From: Yuukianura sp. NJ FZ-2021
Lineage: Eukaryota
Reading direction: 5' to 3'
Assembly: GCA_046563655.1 (NCBI GenBank)
Contig: CM102286.1
Location: forward strand, 14,942,001-15,006,000
DNA length: 64,000 nucleotides
The position numbers and the translations under genes were made by a program. A model generated the notes under the pieces. That model was not told where the DNA came from and did no database searches. It worked only from the letters and a program-made list of their open reading frames with translations. Below are positions 13,250-30,357 of this stretch, piece by piece (the stretch's first letter is position 1; each line of letters opens with the position of its first letter).

Positions 13250-13964
13250 TAAAACTAATACGGTTTCAATTTTGTTTAAACTAAATTAACTTAATTTTTA
13301 TTGATTTAAGTTTAGGTTTAACTTAATTTGTTTGAAATTACAAATATTCAAGGGTTATTTGCCAAGGTGGTGAAGATTCGGAAGAGAGTGATTACTTCTT
13401 TGAAGTGGTACCTTTTTTAGTGTCTTCGTCCTTCTTTTTATCCTTTATATACCCTTTATTTTGGCAATCGTGACCAAGGCTGTATTTGGTAGTAGGCTTC
13501 CCTTCGTCTTCATTTTTTGCGTTACAGTCACGACAATTATGATATAATTTTAAATTTGATGAAGATCCTCTGCAACGTCAACAAAATTAAAATAAAACAA
13601 GTTACAAATAAAAAAAAATCGGATCGTAACCCGAAGTGTACAAAAGTAGCGAAAGATGGCGCTGCACTCGTAAATATGGAATAAAACGTAAAGTGGCTTA
13701 CCCGTTCCCACTCGATTCCATTCTTGTCACAAAAGTTGTGAGATGAGATGATGTGAAGATGTGATGAGGACTGAGCAGCGGAACTGTTCGTTCTGTGAAG
13801 GCAGAAGCTAATTTGTGTCCTCACAATAATCCAACTTTACGTCCAGATTTAAAACAACCCGATTGAATCCCTTCGTTCTAAACCTTTATATTTTATTTTT
13901 AGCATAAAGAAAGAAATGGGACAATTGTTGCTACGTTTTCCAAAAAAAGAAAGGTTGAATGTGG

Positions 13965-14130
13965 GAAAACATGGTTGATTTGAATCGGTTGTACTCAAAA
14001 GGTAGAATGGAAGTGAAGACAATTCGGAGGGGGAGGTACAACAGATGCATGCGCATCAAAGCCAAGTTGGCGCTACTCAAAAAGGAAATTTTGAAATTAC
14101 GAACCGACCCGCCAAAACAACGACTTCGGA
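13965..14130 (+). pseudogene. Orphan duplicate of the last exon of the CatSper-like gene
   Basis: Near-identical to ~10849-11015 (ENMVDLNRLYSKGRMEVKTIRRGRYNR.MRIKAKLALLKKEILKLR.DPPKQRLR); upstream exons are absent. Confidence 0.8.
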
Positions 14131-14329
14131 TTCACATTCGTAAAAGAGCGTTTTAGATTTAATACTCCACAATATCTAGATCAGACGTCCAAACCTGACC
14201 AGAGGTTACAAGGTCTAAGTTGTTACGAAATGGTTCAGACGAAAGAAAAATTGAGTTTAAATATTTTGCACAAAACTGAAAAGTCAAATGCAGCTTAAAA
14301 ACAATTAATTAGTTCGTACATTCATTTTT

Positions 14330-17300
14330 TCAATCAAACACTTCATTGTGTCCGTCCTCGGTCTGCGGGGTTGAAGTTGTCATGGAGTTGGTGGTTGTGC
14401 CCGTGTCCATGACAAAGGGAGACACAGACGACGCAGGAGTAGTCATGTGACTCAGATACATGGGATGCTGGTGCGGTTGCTCTGGATACAAGTAATACTG
14501 ACTCGAACTGAGACTATTCGTGAGCAGCACTTGCTGCTGAAGGAGGTAGAAACTCTTTCTCCTCAAAAGAAAGTTCTCACATTCCAGGTAATGCTTTCTC
14601 TTCAGCTCCTTTTCCTCATTTTTGTGTCTAAAAACAACAAATCAGGAATTAGCATCATATTAAACTTAACATTTTCACAAATTCAATGTTAACTGATGTT
14701 AAGATTACCTTTCCAGAAGTTCCATGTACTCTGGATCATAGTCGTAGATGAGGTTGTTCTGCAGGAGTGGCCCAAGTTGAGGATGTGCTTGGAGGTACGG
14801 CGGAGCACTGCCACTGCTATTCACTTTCCTCAGAGGATTCGTCAGACTCGAGTCTGAACTTTGCTGCTGAAGGAGATGCTGACTAGTCAATTTTTTCTGA
14901 AAAATTACCACATCCAAAATCAGAAAACCAAAAAAATGTTGAAAAACTAACAGAAAAAACTAAAATGACTAAGTAAAAGCAAAAAGGCACCACTTTTAGT
15001 GCATTCCTCAGCCCATGAATGGTCATGCAATGTGAATAACCGGTGGAAATGGAGACAAACACAAAAAAATGAAACAAAAGCTAAGATTAAGTGCTCATTT
15101 CAAAATCCAGTGAAACTGTAAAAATGAATCCCGGTTACCCAAAAATCGCCACCGAAAGCCCCACCCAATGCTAATTTCTGTTCAGCGCATGCATCGTTGC
15201 CACCAAAAACACAAAAAGTTGAAGGCGGACAGAAAAGAAAAAGAAAGTGGACTAACCAACCCCCGAGAAGAGCCCTGCTCATCATGCAAGTTATTTAGTG
15301 AAATGCTCTGCTTGATTTTAGTTTTGAGGAACTCCGTTGGGCATGGATGGTCCTGCGCAGAAGTCCGAAAAGCCTGACTGAGTCTGGGCGGATGTTCGGG
15401 GATCATGGAGTGGATTGTTTCATAGGTCTTGGTGGGACTCAGTTTTTTGATGGGGCTGGAGTGGGCAGAGCTACAACTACTCTCGTCATCGCTACAACTA
15501 AGACTACTACCGGATCTCCTCAGGTCCAAACATGACTTGTAGAGGGAAGACTGGGGGGTACTTGACTTGGAGGGGGAGGACTGCGGGGTGGGGGACTTGG
15601 GGGACTTAAAAATCTGGTTCAGTGCTGAGGGGAGGTCTGTTCTGCTGTGACTCAGGGACGAGCTCTTTGAGATCATTATGGGCTTCATGCCAAAAATCAA
15701 AACAAAAATCCAAAAATAATGAAAAAAGAAATAAATCCCAAATTAAATAAAGTAAAGTCAAAAACTGAAGTAACAAAGTGTAAGAAATTAAATAAATTAA
15801 TTAATAATTAAAATAATGAAAGCTAATCACTCATTTAGCACCTCCGTCTTACCTCTCTAATTGATTCAGGTACTTCGATTTCAATCTGTGGATATCCAGT
15901 ACTAGGTTCAACCAACTGAAAATCATAGTAAACGTTAGGTTAAAAACCTAATTAAATAGTTAGACTATAAATGATGTTGTGTTAACTTACCTTCTCTTTA
16001 GTGATTTCTATGGTGTCTTTTCGATCAAATTGATCGTTGAGATATTTGTGATGGATCACTTCATCCTCATCGTCGCTGCTATCATTCGTCGAATGCTGCA
16101 CAACGCTGAATCGTCCCTTGCGCTGAAGTGTCGTGATTGGCGACGACTGCTGCTCACCCTCAACTCCCTTGCCATTCACTCCTGGAAAAAAAATGTTCCA
16201 AAATATATTATTCACATAGCACACCTTGAATTGTCCAAAATTTAAAAGTCAAATTCATTTTTCTATTGACAAGATAAATCCATAATTCAAGATGACATAA
16301 GCCTCTAAAGCCAAAATTCCTGGCAGAATTTTTTTTTTGTTTCATTTTCTGTGAAAGTCACGATTAGGCTAACAAATTCCCAGAAATGTATTTTCCTTAT
16401 TCATGAAAAATTAAAATTTTCCAAAATATTGTTTTTTCAATACACCATCACACCTTCTAACGTTCTACAGGAGGAATTTTGGAAAAAGTCAGAATTATTA
16501 GGCTAACAAATTCCCAGAAATGTATTTTCCTTATTCATGAAAAATTAAAATTTTCCAAAATATTGTTTTTTCAATACACCATCACACCTTCTAACGTTCT
16601 ACAGGAGGAATTTTGGAAAAAGTCAGAATTATTAGGCTAACAAATTCCCAAAAATGTATTTTCCTTATTCATGAAAAATTGAAATTTTCCCAATTATTGT
16701 TTTTTTTTCAAAACACCATCACACCTTCTGAATTTCTAACGTATTACTTTTGGAAAAAGTCTTCGTTAAGTTTAAGAAATTCTAACGTGACAGTGGGCTT
16801 AGGCGAAGCCCCAGCACGTATGCGTAGCATGCTTGTCAACATGAAAAAAGGAAATGCACGCCTTACCATCTTTTTCCTTGACAATGCTGACACAAAATCT
16901 TGAAACTTTGCGTATGATGGGATTGTTTTCAGGAACGAGTGGAGCTTTTGGCAATGGTGGTGGGACGGGAGCCATGCGCATCATGGTGGGTTGTTGAGTT
17001 GACAAAAGTATTGGAGAGGAGTAGTTGGTGGGCAAGTACATTGCAGTTGGTGGAACAGAAACCATATTAGTCGTAGCGTATTGGACTGGATTCGGAGCCA
17101 CAGGATTTGCGACTTGCACTTGCTGCGGAACTGCCTTTGTTGTCGTATGCATTTTCTGCAACTCCTGGGAAAAAAAATTGCAAATTGCAAAGTTCAAAAA
17201 CTATTCCTTTCCTCTTCTATTTTTTTTATATAAAAAGTTCAGATCTCACCTCTCGTAAATCATTAAAATCAAATCCCTGTGGCCGCATTCGCATTCGTTC

Positions 17301-20300
17301 TTCTGTTGTTGGTTTCAATTGCGTGTCGGAAGGAATTTGAATTGGATTTACAGTTGCTTCCAGACTCAAATCTGTCGATCCAATTGTATTTTCGTTGCTG
17401 CTACCACTAGTATCGACTTGTTGCTGCTGATGATGCGTGATGAGCGTCTGCAACTTGAAATTCAGATCCTCCAGTGTGTAAGGGGCACTGAAAAGATTAA
17501 CAAAAAAACAAAAGTTTCAAAAAAGTTGTTTTTATTTTTTGATTTTTTTAATATTACCAGTCGTTAACTGTCGTTTGTTGAGACAGTTTCCTCTGTTGTA
17601 TGACGAGTGGCTCAATGAAAGTTTGTTCCGGAGTGGAGAGTTGCGATGACACAATTTCATCTACCGGCGTGACCTTGAACCGTGACCCACCCACTCCAAT
17701 GTCATCGTCATCATCATCAATCAAGTAGTACTCGGAGACTAGTGGCATGATGCCTGGATTCTGTTGAATTTCATGAATAATGACGTTGAGTACTTGGATA
17801 AAGTTGCGAGAGTAGGTGGGACTCAAGTAATTAGAACTGATGAGATTCTTGCAAATGTCGATTGACTTCGTGTTGGAGTCACTCAGGTCGAATTTGAAAG
17901 TGATTGTTTTGGTTTTGGGGTAATTCGTTTCCAGTTTCAGTTCTAACTCGGTATTTGTTATGTTCAGAATCTTGAGTTTCGGTTTGAGAGATTCAATCAA
18001 CTTGAGTCTTTTGCGATGAGCCTTTTTGTGTTGAAGTGTTTGTTCAATTGGGGCTGACATGACTGCTTGCGGAGGTTGTTGCTGACTGTACTCCTGGGCA
18101 GACAAAATGTCCAACTGAAAACATTCAAAATTAAACAGATCAACATCAATTACATCAACAAATGTCAATTCGTCCTTGAAGCACATGGAGTTAAAAGAGA
18201 CGGTTGTTAACACACAGCACATTAGCAAATAATGCAAACAAAACCTACAAAAATTTTCCTCAAAATTGAGTTAAACTTTGAGTTAATTGTTACTTGAGTT
18301 ATTTGTGGTTAAGTTGAATAAAAACCTAGAAAAGTTAGAGCAAAAAGGAATGTTGAGTAAATGTGTGTTGAGTTATTAAATTACTTTGAGGTTGGGTGTT
18401 GTTTTAGAATGGATCTGAGTAGTAGTCGTAGCAGAATCCAGTTTCACTTCAGTTGTAACTAAATGATTTCTAACGTCTAATAAATTAGATTCAACCGGTT
18501 TATCATCATCAATCATCTACAAAAACAAACAACAAGTTATATATAAAAAAAGAGAGAAAAAGAAGCTGCAACAGAAAATTGATGCTGGGAAGCTTTTAAA
18601 AAACGGCATTGAAGCAAAGAGAAAACTTGCGTCAAGAGTTCAACGCCTTTTGGCTCAACAGTGAATTTGATCAACAAAGGTTACCGGTGGCGGTTGTTGT
18701 GATTGATCAAGTGACGGTGGTTGTTGCAAAATGACGACAGTAGTTGGGCGTTGAAGCCCATAGTTAGATCCTGTTTGGTTTCCTGTTTGTTGAATTGGGT
18801 AATTGATGTAAAATGAGGAATTTTGTAAGTTTTGTTGTGAAGCTGTTGTTGTAATTATCGTGTTTTGTAGTGGATGGAGTTGTGTTAGCGGTTGTGGATT
18901 GGGCATGTAGTTGGTTGTGTACAGTTGTGGAGCAGGACTCTAAAATCAGTCGAAAAAAAAAACGTTTCATCATCGTTTTTGAAATATAAAACTTACGGTT
19001 TCAACAACCTGCTGCTGGATATAAATCGGTCCTTGGTAAATCGGATGATGATGGTCTCCAGTGTACGTCACATAGCCAGAATCCATATGTTGGTATTCTA
19101 TCAACATGCACAAAATTGAGCAAAATCGATCAAAATTCATAAAAATCAAAATGATTTATACCAGTGGGTTGCGTAAGTGTGTGAGCTACAAGCTGCTCTT
19201 GTTCAATTTTCTTTTTGTTTTCATCCAAATCATGAAGGAGATTCGTAATATTCTTTTTCAACATTTTAGCAACGAGCTTGCTGTCTTCTTCAATGAGAAG
19301 TCCCGTTTTAGCCTAAAAATGGTAATGTTAGATTTTTGATAAAACTTTTTAACAAAAGTGACTTACCATTTCCTGGGCAATTTCATCCGGATTATCATTT
19401 TCAATGTCAAATTCAAATTGAATGGCTTCATTCTCCTTGTACTTGTTGGTTGACCTCTTCTTTGGATCCATCAGTCTCAGTCTAAATTCCACTTTCTTCT
19501 CTGTTAGTAACTTTTCCTTTGAAACCAATTCAATTTTGAGTCCAATTGTGTCTTCTTCGGTTGTGAAAAACGGATGATTGATCAAATCCTTGACACTCGG
19601 CCGCTCGTCTTTGTTCAATCGAATGCACTGATCAATGATTTCACGGATTTCGTTTGATTCGATCTTGTCGTAACTGGCAGGTTTAATCCCCTGTGAAGGA
19701 AAAACACTCAATTACTCAATTTTTCAAATTAATTAATTGTGTTTTTTACTACTTTTTTAGTACTTTTTACTACTATTCTTTTAAAGTTTGAACTCACACT
19801 GACGACTTTTTTGTAAATCTGAGCTGGTCCAGTGCATTCAGAATATGGATATTCACCAGTGGACATCTCGAGCATGCACATTCCAAAGGCATAGATGTCC
19901 ACTGTTTCGTTGTAGTGTTCATCATACATCTCTGGAGCCATGAACTCCGGAGTTCCAATGATCGACTTCACAAAAGACTTGTTCTTGAGAGTGGCCAATC
20001 CCAGGTCACCAATCTTCACTGAACCAGTTGTTCCAGATATAAAAATATTGTCACACTTCAAATCCCTGCAAAACAATTAAACGCCAAGTTAATTAATTAA
20101 CTAATGATTAGCAAGTCAAAGTCAATGCTTTACCGGTGAATGATTGGCGGAACACGAGAATGTAGAAAGTAAAGCCCCTTCAAAATCTGCTTGCACCAGG
20201 ATCGCAGTACTTTCAGATTAATTTTCTTGAAACGACGTAGATACCTGGAAACAAAAGAAATTAAAAGTTAATTATAAAAGTTTAAGTTAATCATTAAAGA

Positions 20301-21092
20301 TTAAAACTGGACATACATTTTAAGCGTCCCAGAAGTCATGAGTTCTGTGACGAGCACGATGTACTTCTTCTTGGTAGTGTTGACTTCCCAGTACTCATAG
20401 AATCTGACGATGTTCGGATGCTGAAGTCCTTTTAGCATTTCAGCCTCTTCTCTAAACCTTTGCCGTTCAGTCTTACTCAATTTCTTTTCCTGTTTAAAAA
20501 AAAAAACGAAAATTTGAGGTTAGAGAACCGAATTGTAAACGATTTTGAGTTGATTAGTTACCTGCAACTCACACCAAGCTACACTAACTCCCGTCTGCGT
20601 GTCCAACCCTCTGTAGACTGTCTTGAAACTGCCACGCCCAATTTCTTCGTCGAACTTCAAGTAGCGACCATTGGGACTCACATCGATTGCTTCTTCTTCC
20701 TCTTCGTCTGGATCCTCCGGAGTTTCTTCTTGTTGTGGCTTATTAGAAGAACTGGCAGAAGTCACTTGCGTTAAGGTAACGACCGGTGTGGTATTGGATA
20801 GAGCCGCAGTAAGATTGCCCACATTCTCCTCCGTCAAAGTGGAAGTAGAGTCCATTCGATGGGCCAACTCCACTTCATTTTCTTCATCCGGTACCTTGTC
20901 CACTTCAGCTTCAGGAGCAGTTTCCAGCTGACCTTGATTACTGGCCGCGGGAACTGATGTCACGGCGCTGTAAACTGCTGTAACGACAGTGGGAACTGAT
21001 GTCACCTCCAACTGCTCTGTACTTGGTACAGGTTGTGCTGCTGAAGCTGTGTCTGTGGACTGTGGTGGTGGTGGTACCTGATTCTCTTCCAT
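14330..21092 (-). CDS. Wnk: WNK serine/threonine kinase
   Basis: [14 protein letters not shown] (Lys in the Gly-loop), [56 protein letters not shown] autoinhibitory/CCT-like region, RFKV and RFCV motifs, C-terminal coiled coil [10 protein letters not shown]. Middle exons are approximate. Confidence 0.93.
16363..16760. repeat. Tandem repeat, 134-bp unit x3, in a WNK intron
   Basis: ATTAGGCTAACAAATTCCC starts at 16363, 16497 and 16631. Confidence 0.9.
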
Positions 21093-22217
21093 TTCAGATA
21101 ACCTGCTACCTTGTCCACCTATTGTTGCACCGATTCAATCAAAAGTTCTCCACACAAACAATTAGCACCAAATCGGTGAGAGAGTGAGATCGACCATAGT
21201 TGGCTATTAGGCTTCCTTTCCTTTTTCGAAGCAAATCTTTCCTTATGGTTAGAGGACAGCTATTCCTGGCAAACAAAAGATAATTAAAACATAATTTAGC
21301 TCTAAAGTAAGATATACACTTACCGATTAGTTTGAGATGAGAAATTGTGGATGTCGGAGATGCTCATCAACCAGAGGAGACGGAGATAGTTTGTGGGGAG
21401 GAATAATGGGAGGGGCCGTTCACCAAATCACGCTAAAAAGGACATCAAATTAATGAAATTCATTGCCACAACTTTGGATTGCTACTTGTAAAGTTATTTT
21501 TCAACTTACTTTCAATTACTCGGCATGTTAATTTATGAATCAGCAAAAATTGAATGAGGTCGAGGTCGAGGAACTTTATCTGCTGTCTGTCTGGTGTGTT
21601 CAATCCACTTACGACATCCTCTTAACCTAGAATTTGCTAGAAAGATTCAATGTCAGTTTTCCCTAAATGCTAAAGTGACTGCTTTAATTTAAAATACTTG
21701 GATTAACTAACTTTAATTGTGAATTAACTTCGAAACTTCAGTTTAATTCTCTAATTGAACTCAATTGATACAAAAAACTAAAAAACACAGGTGATTGGTT
21801 GGACAAAAACTCACTTCAACGCACCACCCACTCACATCCCATAGACGGGCAACTCCTTTTAAATAATAAAATTATAATTAATATTATTTTGTTATTATTT
21901 AAAAAAACTATAATTATTATTATTTTGTTATTATTCAAAAAAGCTGCTTTCTTTTTGATGAAATCTAGCTAAGTCTCAGGGATACCTAAAATTTCTTCTT
22001 GATGAAAACGAAGTCTGTGTCCGTAGGTGCTACTCCGAGCGATCCCAGGTGACATGGAGGGACATACAGCAACCGTTTCTCCAGCTTTTATATTTTGGAC
22101 AAGTATTTGCGTTTTGCGATTTTCACAAAGTGAAAGTCAAAATGTCAAAAGAAGAATCGATTTTATTGTAATTGAAATTTTGATAAGAAAAATTGTTTTA
22201 TATTTGAGTTGAGTAGG

Positions 22218-24139
<1,922 letters not shown>

Positions 24140-24421
24140 CGAGACTGGAAATAATTAATTGTTCAATTAGTCGATTAATTGCTCAATTAATCGATTAATT
24201 CCCCCGGGACTTGCCACTAGTAGTGGCTACAGAGTTGAAAATCTGATTTTTTTATACCTTTTATGCTACAGTATTTAAAAAAACTAACTTTTTTGTAGTT
24301 GTACCGCGACAATTTTTAAATTAAAACGTTGCCTGGGTTACAGTATTTGTTGCAATAATGCGATTTAGAAATTTTAAATTTTCGCGGGTCGTCGGTGGTC
24401 GGACTGACCGAAATCCAAATC

Positions 24422-25968
24422 ATGGCTGGACGTTCAAGTAAAAAACTGTTTTGTATCAAGTACCTTTGTTGTTTATGCATTGAACTTCCGCAGCATAAGA
24501 CACTTTTCCGGTACGACATGATTGAAGAGCTGGACTCAGCTGTCCAGGAACTCTATGACCAAGAAAACTCGGAATCTTTTCTTAAAAAGTACTTAACTCC
24601 CGGAGTGTACAACACTATGAAGTATCGACAAACCTACGAAGGAAACACACTGCTCGAAGTCATTATCTCAGGAACGAAGAATCCCGACAGTCTCTTTGGC
24701 GTCTACGCTCCAGATCCCGAATGTTACCGAACGTTTGGAGAGCTCATGTACCCCATCATATGTGCCATCCACTTCCTACCGAACATTGTGTCTCATCCAC
24801 GCAAAATCCGGTTCGGACCGTCCGACTTCCTCACATTTCTGGACATGGAAGATCGATATGTCAAATCCATCCGATTCGAACTTTCGCGGAACATTCTCGG
24901 ACACAAGTTTATTCCATCCATGACCAAAGTGGAGTTACAAAATCTGCAGGGGATTCTGTCAGCCCATTTTCAAAGTTTCAAAAGGTCGGACTTGCATGGT
25001 CGTTACGTTCGGTACAAAGGTTTGGAGGAACACACGGAAAAAGTGCTGACGAACCTTGGTCTCATGTTTCCAGCAACTGACAAGTTCCTGGAAGATGGAC
25101 TTGGACGAAAGTTCTGGCCAATGGGTCGTGGAATCTTCATTCCAGGCAAGGTTCCTTGACAACCGAATTGTAATCCCTACAACAGGTTGTCCAATGACGC
25201 AATCTTCTGCACCAATCCCATTTACATTACATGCAAAAGATTACCATTTAAAGACAGATTTGCTATTTTCAAACAAATTTTAAAGGTTCCAGTTATTAGA
25301 CAACCTGGTGTAGAAAAAGTGTTTATTTGTTTACGAACCTTGATTCCAGGGGCCATGGACTTTGCCATTTGGGTCAACGTTGAAGATCACCTCAAGTTAG
25401 TTGCTTCAGAACGATCTGGAGATTTCAAAAAGTGTTACGAACGATTCATTCAACGTAAGAAATTAAAAAAAGGAATCGATTAATTGAGTTGGTGACTAAG
25501 ATTTTTGTAATTTCAGTACACAAGAAGCTTCATCGTCGATTCAAGTTTCATTTTGATGAGCATTTGGGCTATGTCAATGTTTGTCCAAGTAACCTTGGAA
25601 CAGGAGTTCACGCTGAAATTGAGTTAGAGTTGCCAATACTCCAGCGTCATCCAGAACTGATTCAAAAGATTTGCAACGAGTATTGGTTGTCTACGCATGG
25701 ACATGGAGGAGAACACTCCAGCATGACTCCAGAGTCAACATTTTTCATCCGCACAACTCGAGCTCTTGGAATTGACGAGTACAACACGGCCATGCCAGTT
25801 TATGAAGGAGCCTTGGAATTACTCGTGACGGAGCAGCGATTCTCCAAGGAGCTGAGAAGACTGCAAATGGAAGGAGCTGGACTCGATTCGGTAGGCCTTA
25901 ATCTGTTCCCAAAAGACGCAAAAATCAAACCAGCTCATCCTTCAAAACATGTCCATTTGGCAATGTAA
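24422..25968 (+). CDS. Divergent arginine/phosphagen kinase-like protein
   Basis: SFLKKYLTP, GVYAPDPECY, FWPMGRGIF, WVNVEDH, HLGYVNVCPSNLGTG, GGEHS. Introns at 25146-25349 and ~25455-25516. Confidence 0.85.
25147..25342. mobile_element. MITE with CAAGGTTC/GAACCTTG termini and perfect 8-bp TSD (ATTCCAGG), forming an entire intron
   Basis: TSD at 25139-25146 and 25343-25350. Subterminal inverted repeat CTACAACAGGTTGTCCAATGAC / GTTATTAGACAACCTGGTGTAG. Related copy at 46338-46558. Confidence 0.85.
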
Positions 25969-26072
25969 AAGTGGAATAAATACTTTCTACCCTAATGATT
26001 ACAGTGTTCAATGTTTGTCTATAAAATTTTTTAGTTTAATGATTTATGCTTGACAGCTTATCAATGAATGAC

Positions 26073-27110
26073 TTAAGTGTAGGTTAGGAACTCTGGATCC
26101 ATATGCCCAGCTTCAGAAAGTGAACGAAGGACGACACGACCGCTGGGTGTGATGCTCAGTCTTGTGATGCTTCCATTTCCCAGAGTTAGACGAAGCCAAC
26201 CTTCAGCTGGAAACTGGAGGGCTCTGTAAATAAGTAATTTGATTTTTGAAAATTAATTGCTTTCAAATTCAAAGTAAAAATACTGGTGGTTATGGCTTTA
26301 CCTGCAAACAAAGTATCGAATAAGATTGGCGTGACAGACTATTATCTCGTGGGAATCTTCAGTTTGATCAACATCAGCTCGGTGAATGTACTTTCTAAAG
26401 GCAGCTTCGATACGAGGTCCTTCCATGAAAAATTCCTAAAAAGTCCAAATCTTGTCATTTCTTTGTAGGAATCAGCATATATTAAGCTATTTGCTTACGT
26501 ATTGCTCAGGATTCCAGTGGGAAACTGGAGGTTCTGGGGGAATAGGAGGTCCTTCTCGTAGAATTGGATCTTGAGTGAACTTGACACCGCCCATCTGAGC
26601 TGAAATGTTATCAGCAGTTTCCATGGCTCTGGTCATGTTGGAAACGTAGAAGTGCGTGAAAGTAATCCCAAGTTGAGCCAGCCGTTTGCCAGTGAGTTTG
26701 GATTGTTCGTGTCCTATTCTTGTCAACTTCCGATCAGACTCTTCCTCAGCCTCAATTTCATATTGTCCGTGACGGATTAAATAAATGTGACGAGTGGCAG
26801 TGACTTTCGAGCAGGGTTTCCCATCTTCTTCGCTTTTATTTTTACTTGGTTTCTTGAGGCTGTAAGGCTCTCGTCTAGAAATAAAAGGTAAAGGTATAAG
26901 AAAACAGCCAAAAGTAGTAAATGTTAATCGTTATTCTTAAATTCCTGACTTATCCCAGTTGTAGTCCCATTTGGTAGACGGAACGTAGAACTGCAAACCG
27001 GCGCCGGGGGCATCGACCGTTGCACAATTTGCAACAATTGTGTATCCACCCAGAAATCCAGCCCCGACGTACCCCGTCAATTTAATTGCACGAACGAAGA
27101 AGCCGGTCAT
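26073..27110 (-). CDS. Pgam5: Mitochondrial Ser/Thr phosphatase PGAM5
   Basis: N-terminal TM segment, [72 protein letters not shown]. Confidence 0.93.
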
Positions 27111-27788
27111 GACTGATGAATGATGATTGATGAAAGACTAATTATCGAAGATAACTAATGAGAATGACTAAACGATGGAAAGTGCAAAAACATGAATGAA
27201 AATTAAAAGTCATTGAAATTTTTTTAGAAGTTTGAATTTTGCCGAATCCCGCCTAAAAAGTGGGCGTTAGTGAGTTGTGTGGGTAACTTTTAGTCAAACT
27301 CTATTACGAAGCACTTTTCATTTGCAATGGCAGTTGCAAATCCTTAGATTTTACAAAATTGCGATTTCAATTCATTCCGTAAAACCGCACTGGTATCTAA
27401 TGTTTAATTATTTTCAAAATAAAACTAACACGTTTTGCAGATACGACTAAAAAAAGGTTCAATTGTTCTCTACTAAAATAAATTAGTTCTGAGCTTTTTT
27501 AGAATTATTACAGTGACCCCATCCCGGGGTCATTTATTTCTTCTTCATTAGCTGCCGCTAATTAGTTTTGCAATTTGTATCAAACGCCATTGATTAATGA
27601 AATTGGCATTAATCAGTCATCGTTTTGTCATTTTTTTGCGATTCTGAAAAAATAAAAGAATTTGCGAATAAATTTTAGCCGTGACCCAGACGAGTTTCAT
27701 TGTTGTTTCATACGTTTCGATTGAAACTTTAAAGCAGGAAGTGAAGAAGACGATTGTTTGGTATCTCTTTGTAGTTAACTAGCTCAAT

Positions 27789-29605
<1,817 letters not shown>

Positions 29606-30357
29606 ATTACAATTTCTCAATTAACCCCAATTTAATTCATGTAAGATATTCCAAAAACTAAATTAAAAATTAACTAATTGAAGTGAACAAATTGACTTTG
29701 TCTTTTCTTTTTGAAGTTTTAGCTTCCCTCTTATCAGTCGTACGTGACTTGTTTTACAGTTTTTTGTCTGGCGGTTGCCTAATCCTGTGACTTCTGTGAC
29801 CGGCCACTTTTAATTGATTCTTGAGCCTAAATGTCTGCTGAAGTCAAAGTTTTTAAGTGGAACTAAATGGTCCATAAACTTTGAAGCTCTAAGCATACGA
29901 GGAAGTATATGCTTTGTAGAACTAAAACATTTATCTTTAGACACTTTAGTTGTTTCCCATTCATTTTCCGTCCTTAACATCTTAACATTGACACATCAAA
30001 GATAAGAAAGTGACGACTTTTGAAAATTAGTTCACAGTAAGCACTCTTTTCTCCTTTGGTCTTCGACGGCTGAGGTCACGTAGGCAAAAGACGCTCTCAA
30101 ATTAAGCATTTTAGAGTAAAGTTTTTAGTCATTTCAAAAATTCTACAACACAGAAACGCTCTTAAATTTTGAAACTCGCGATTTCTGGACACAAAATCAC
30201 TCCAAATTCATCGTGGCCTCGAGCCGACACATCAGTAGTGTTCAGGTAAGCAAAGATTTTTTAAATTCTAGATTCTTTTTCAATTTCTGATTTTGTCGAA
30301 TTCGGATTTTCAAAATGTAGTACAAAATGTATTTTGAAATTCCAGATTCAGCATTGG

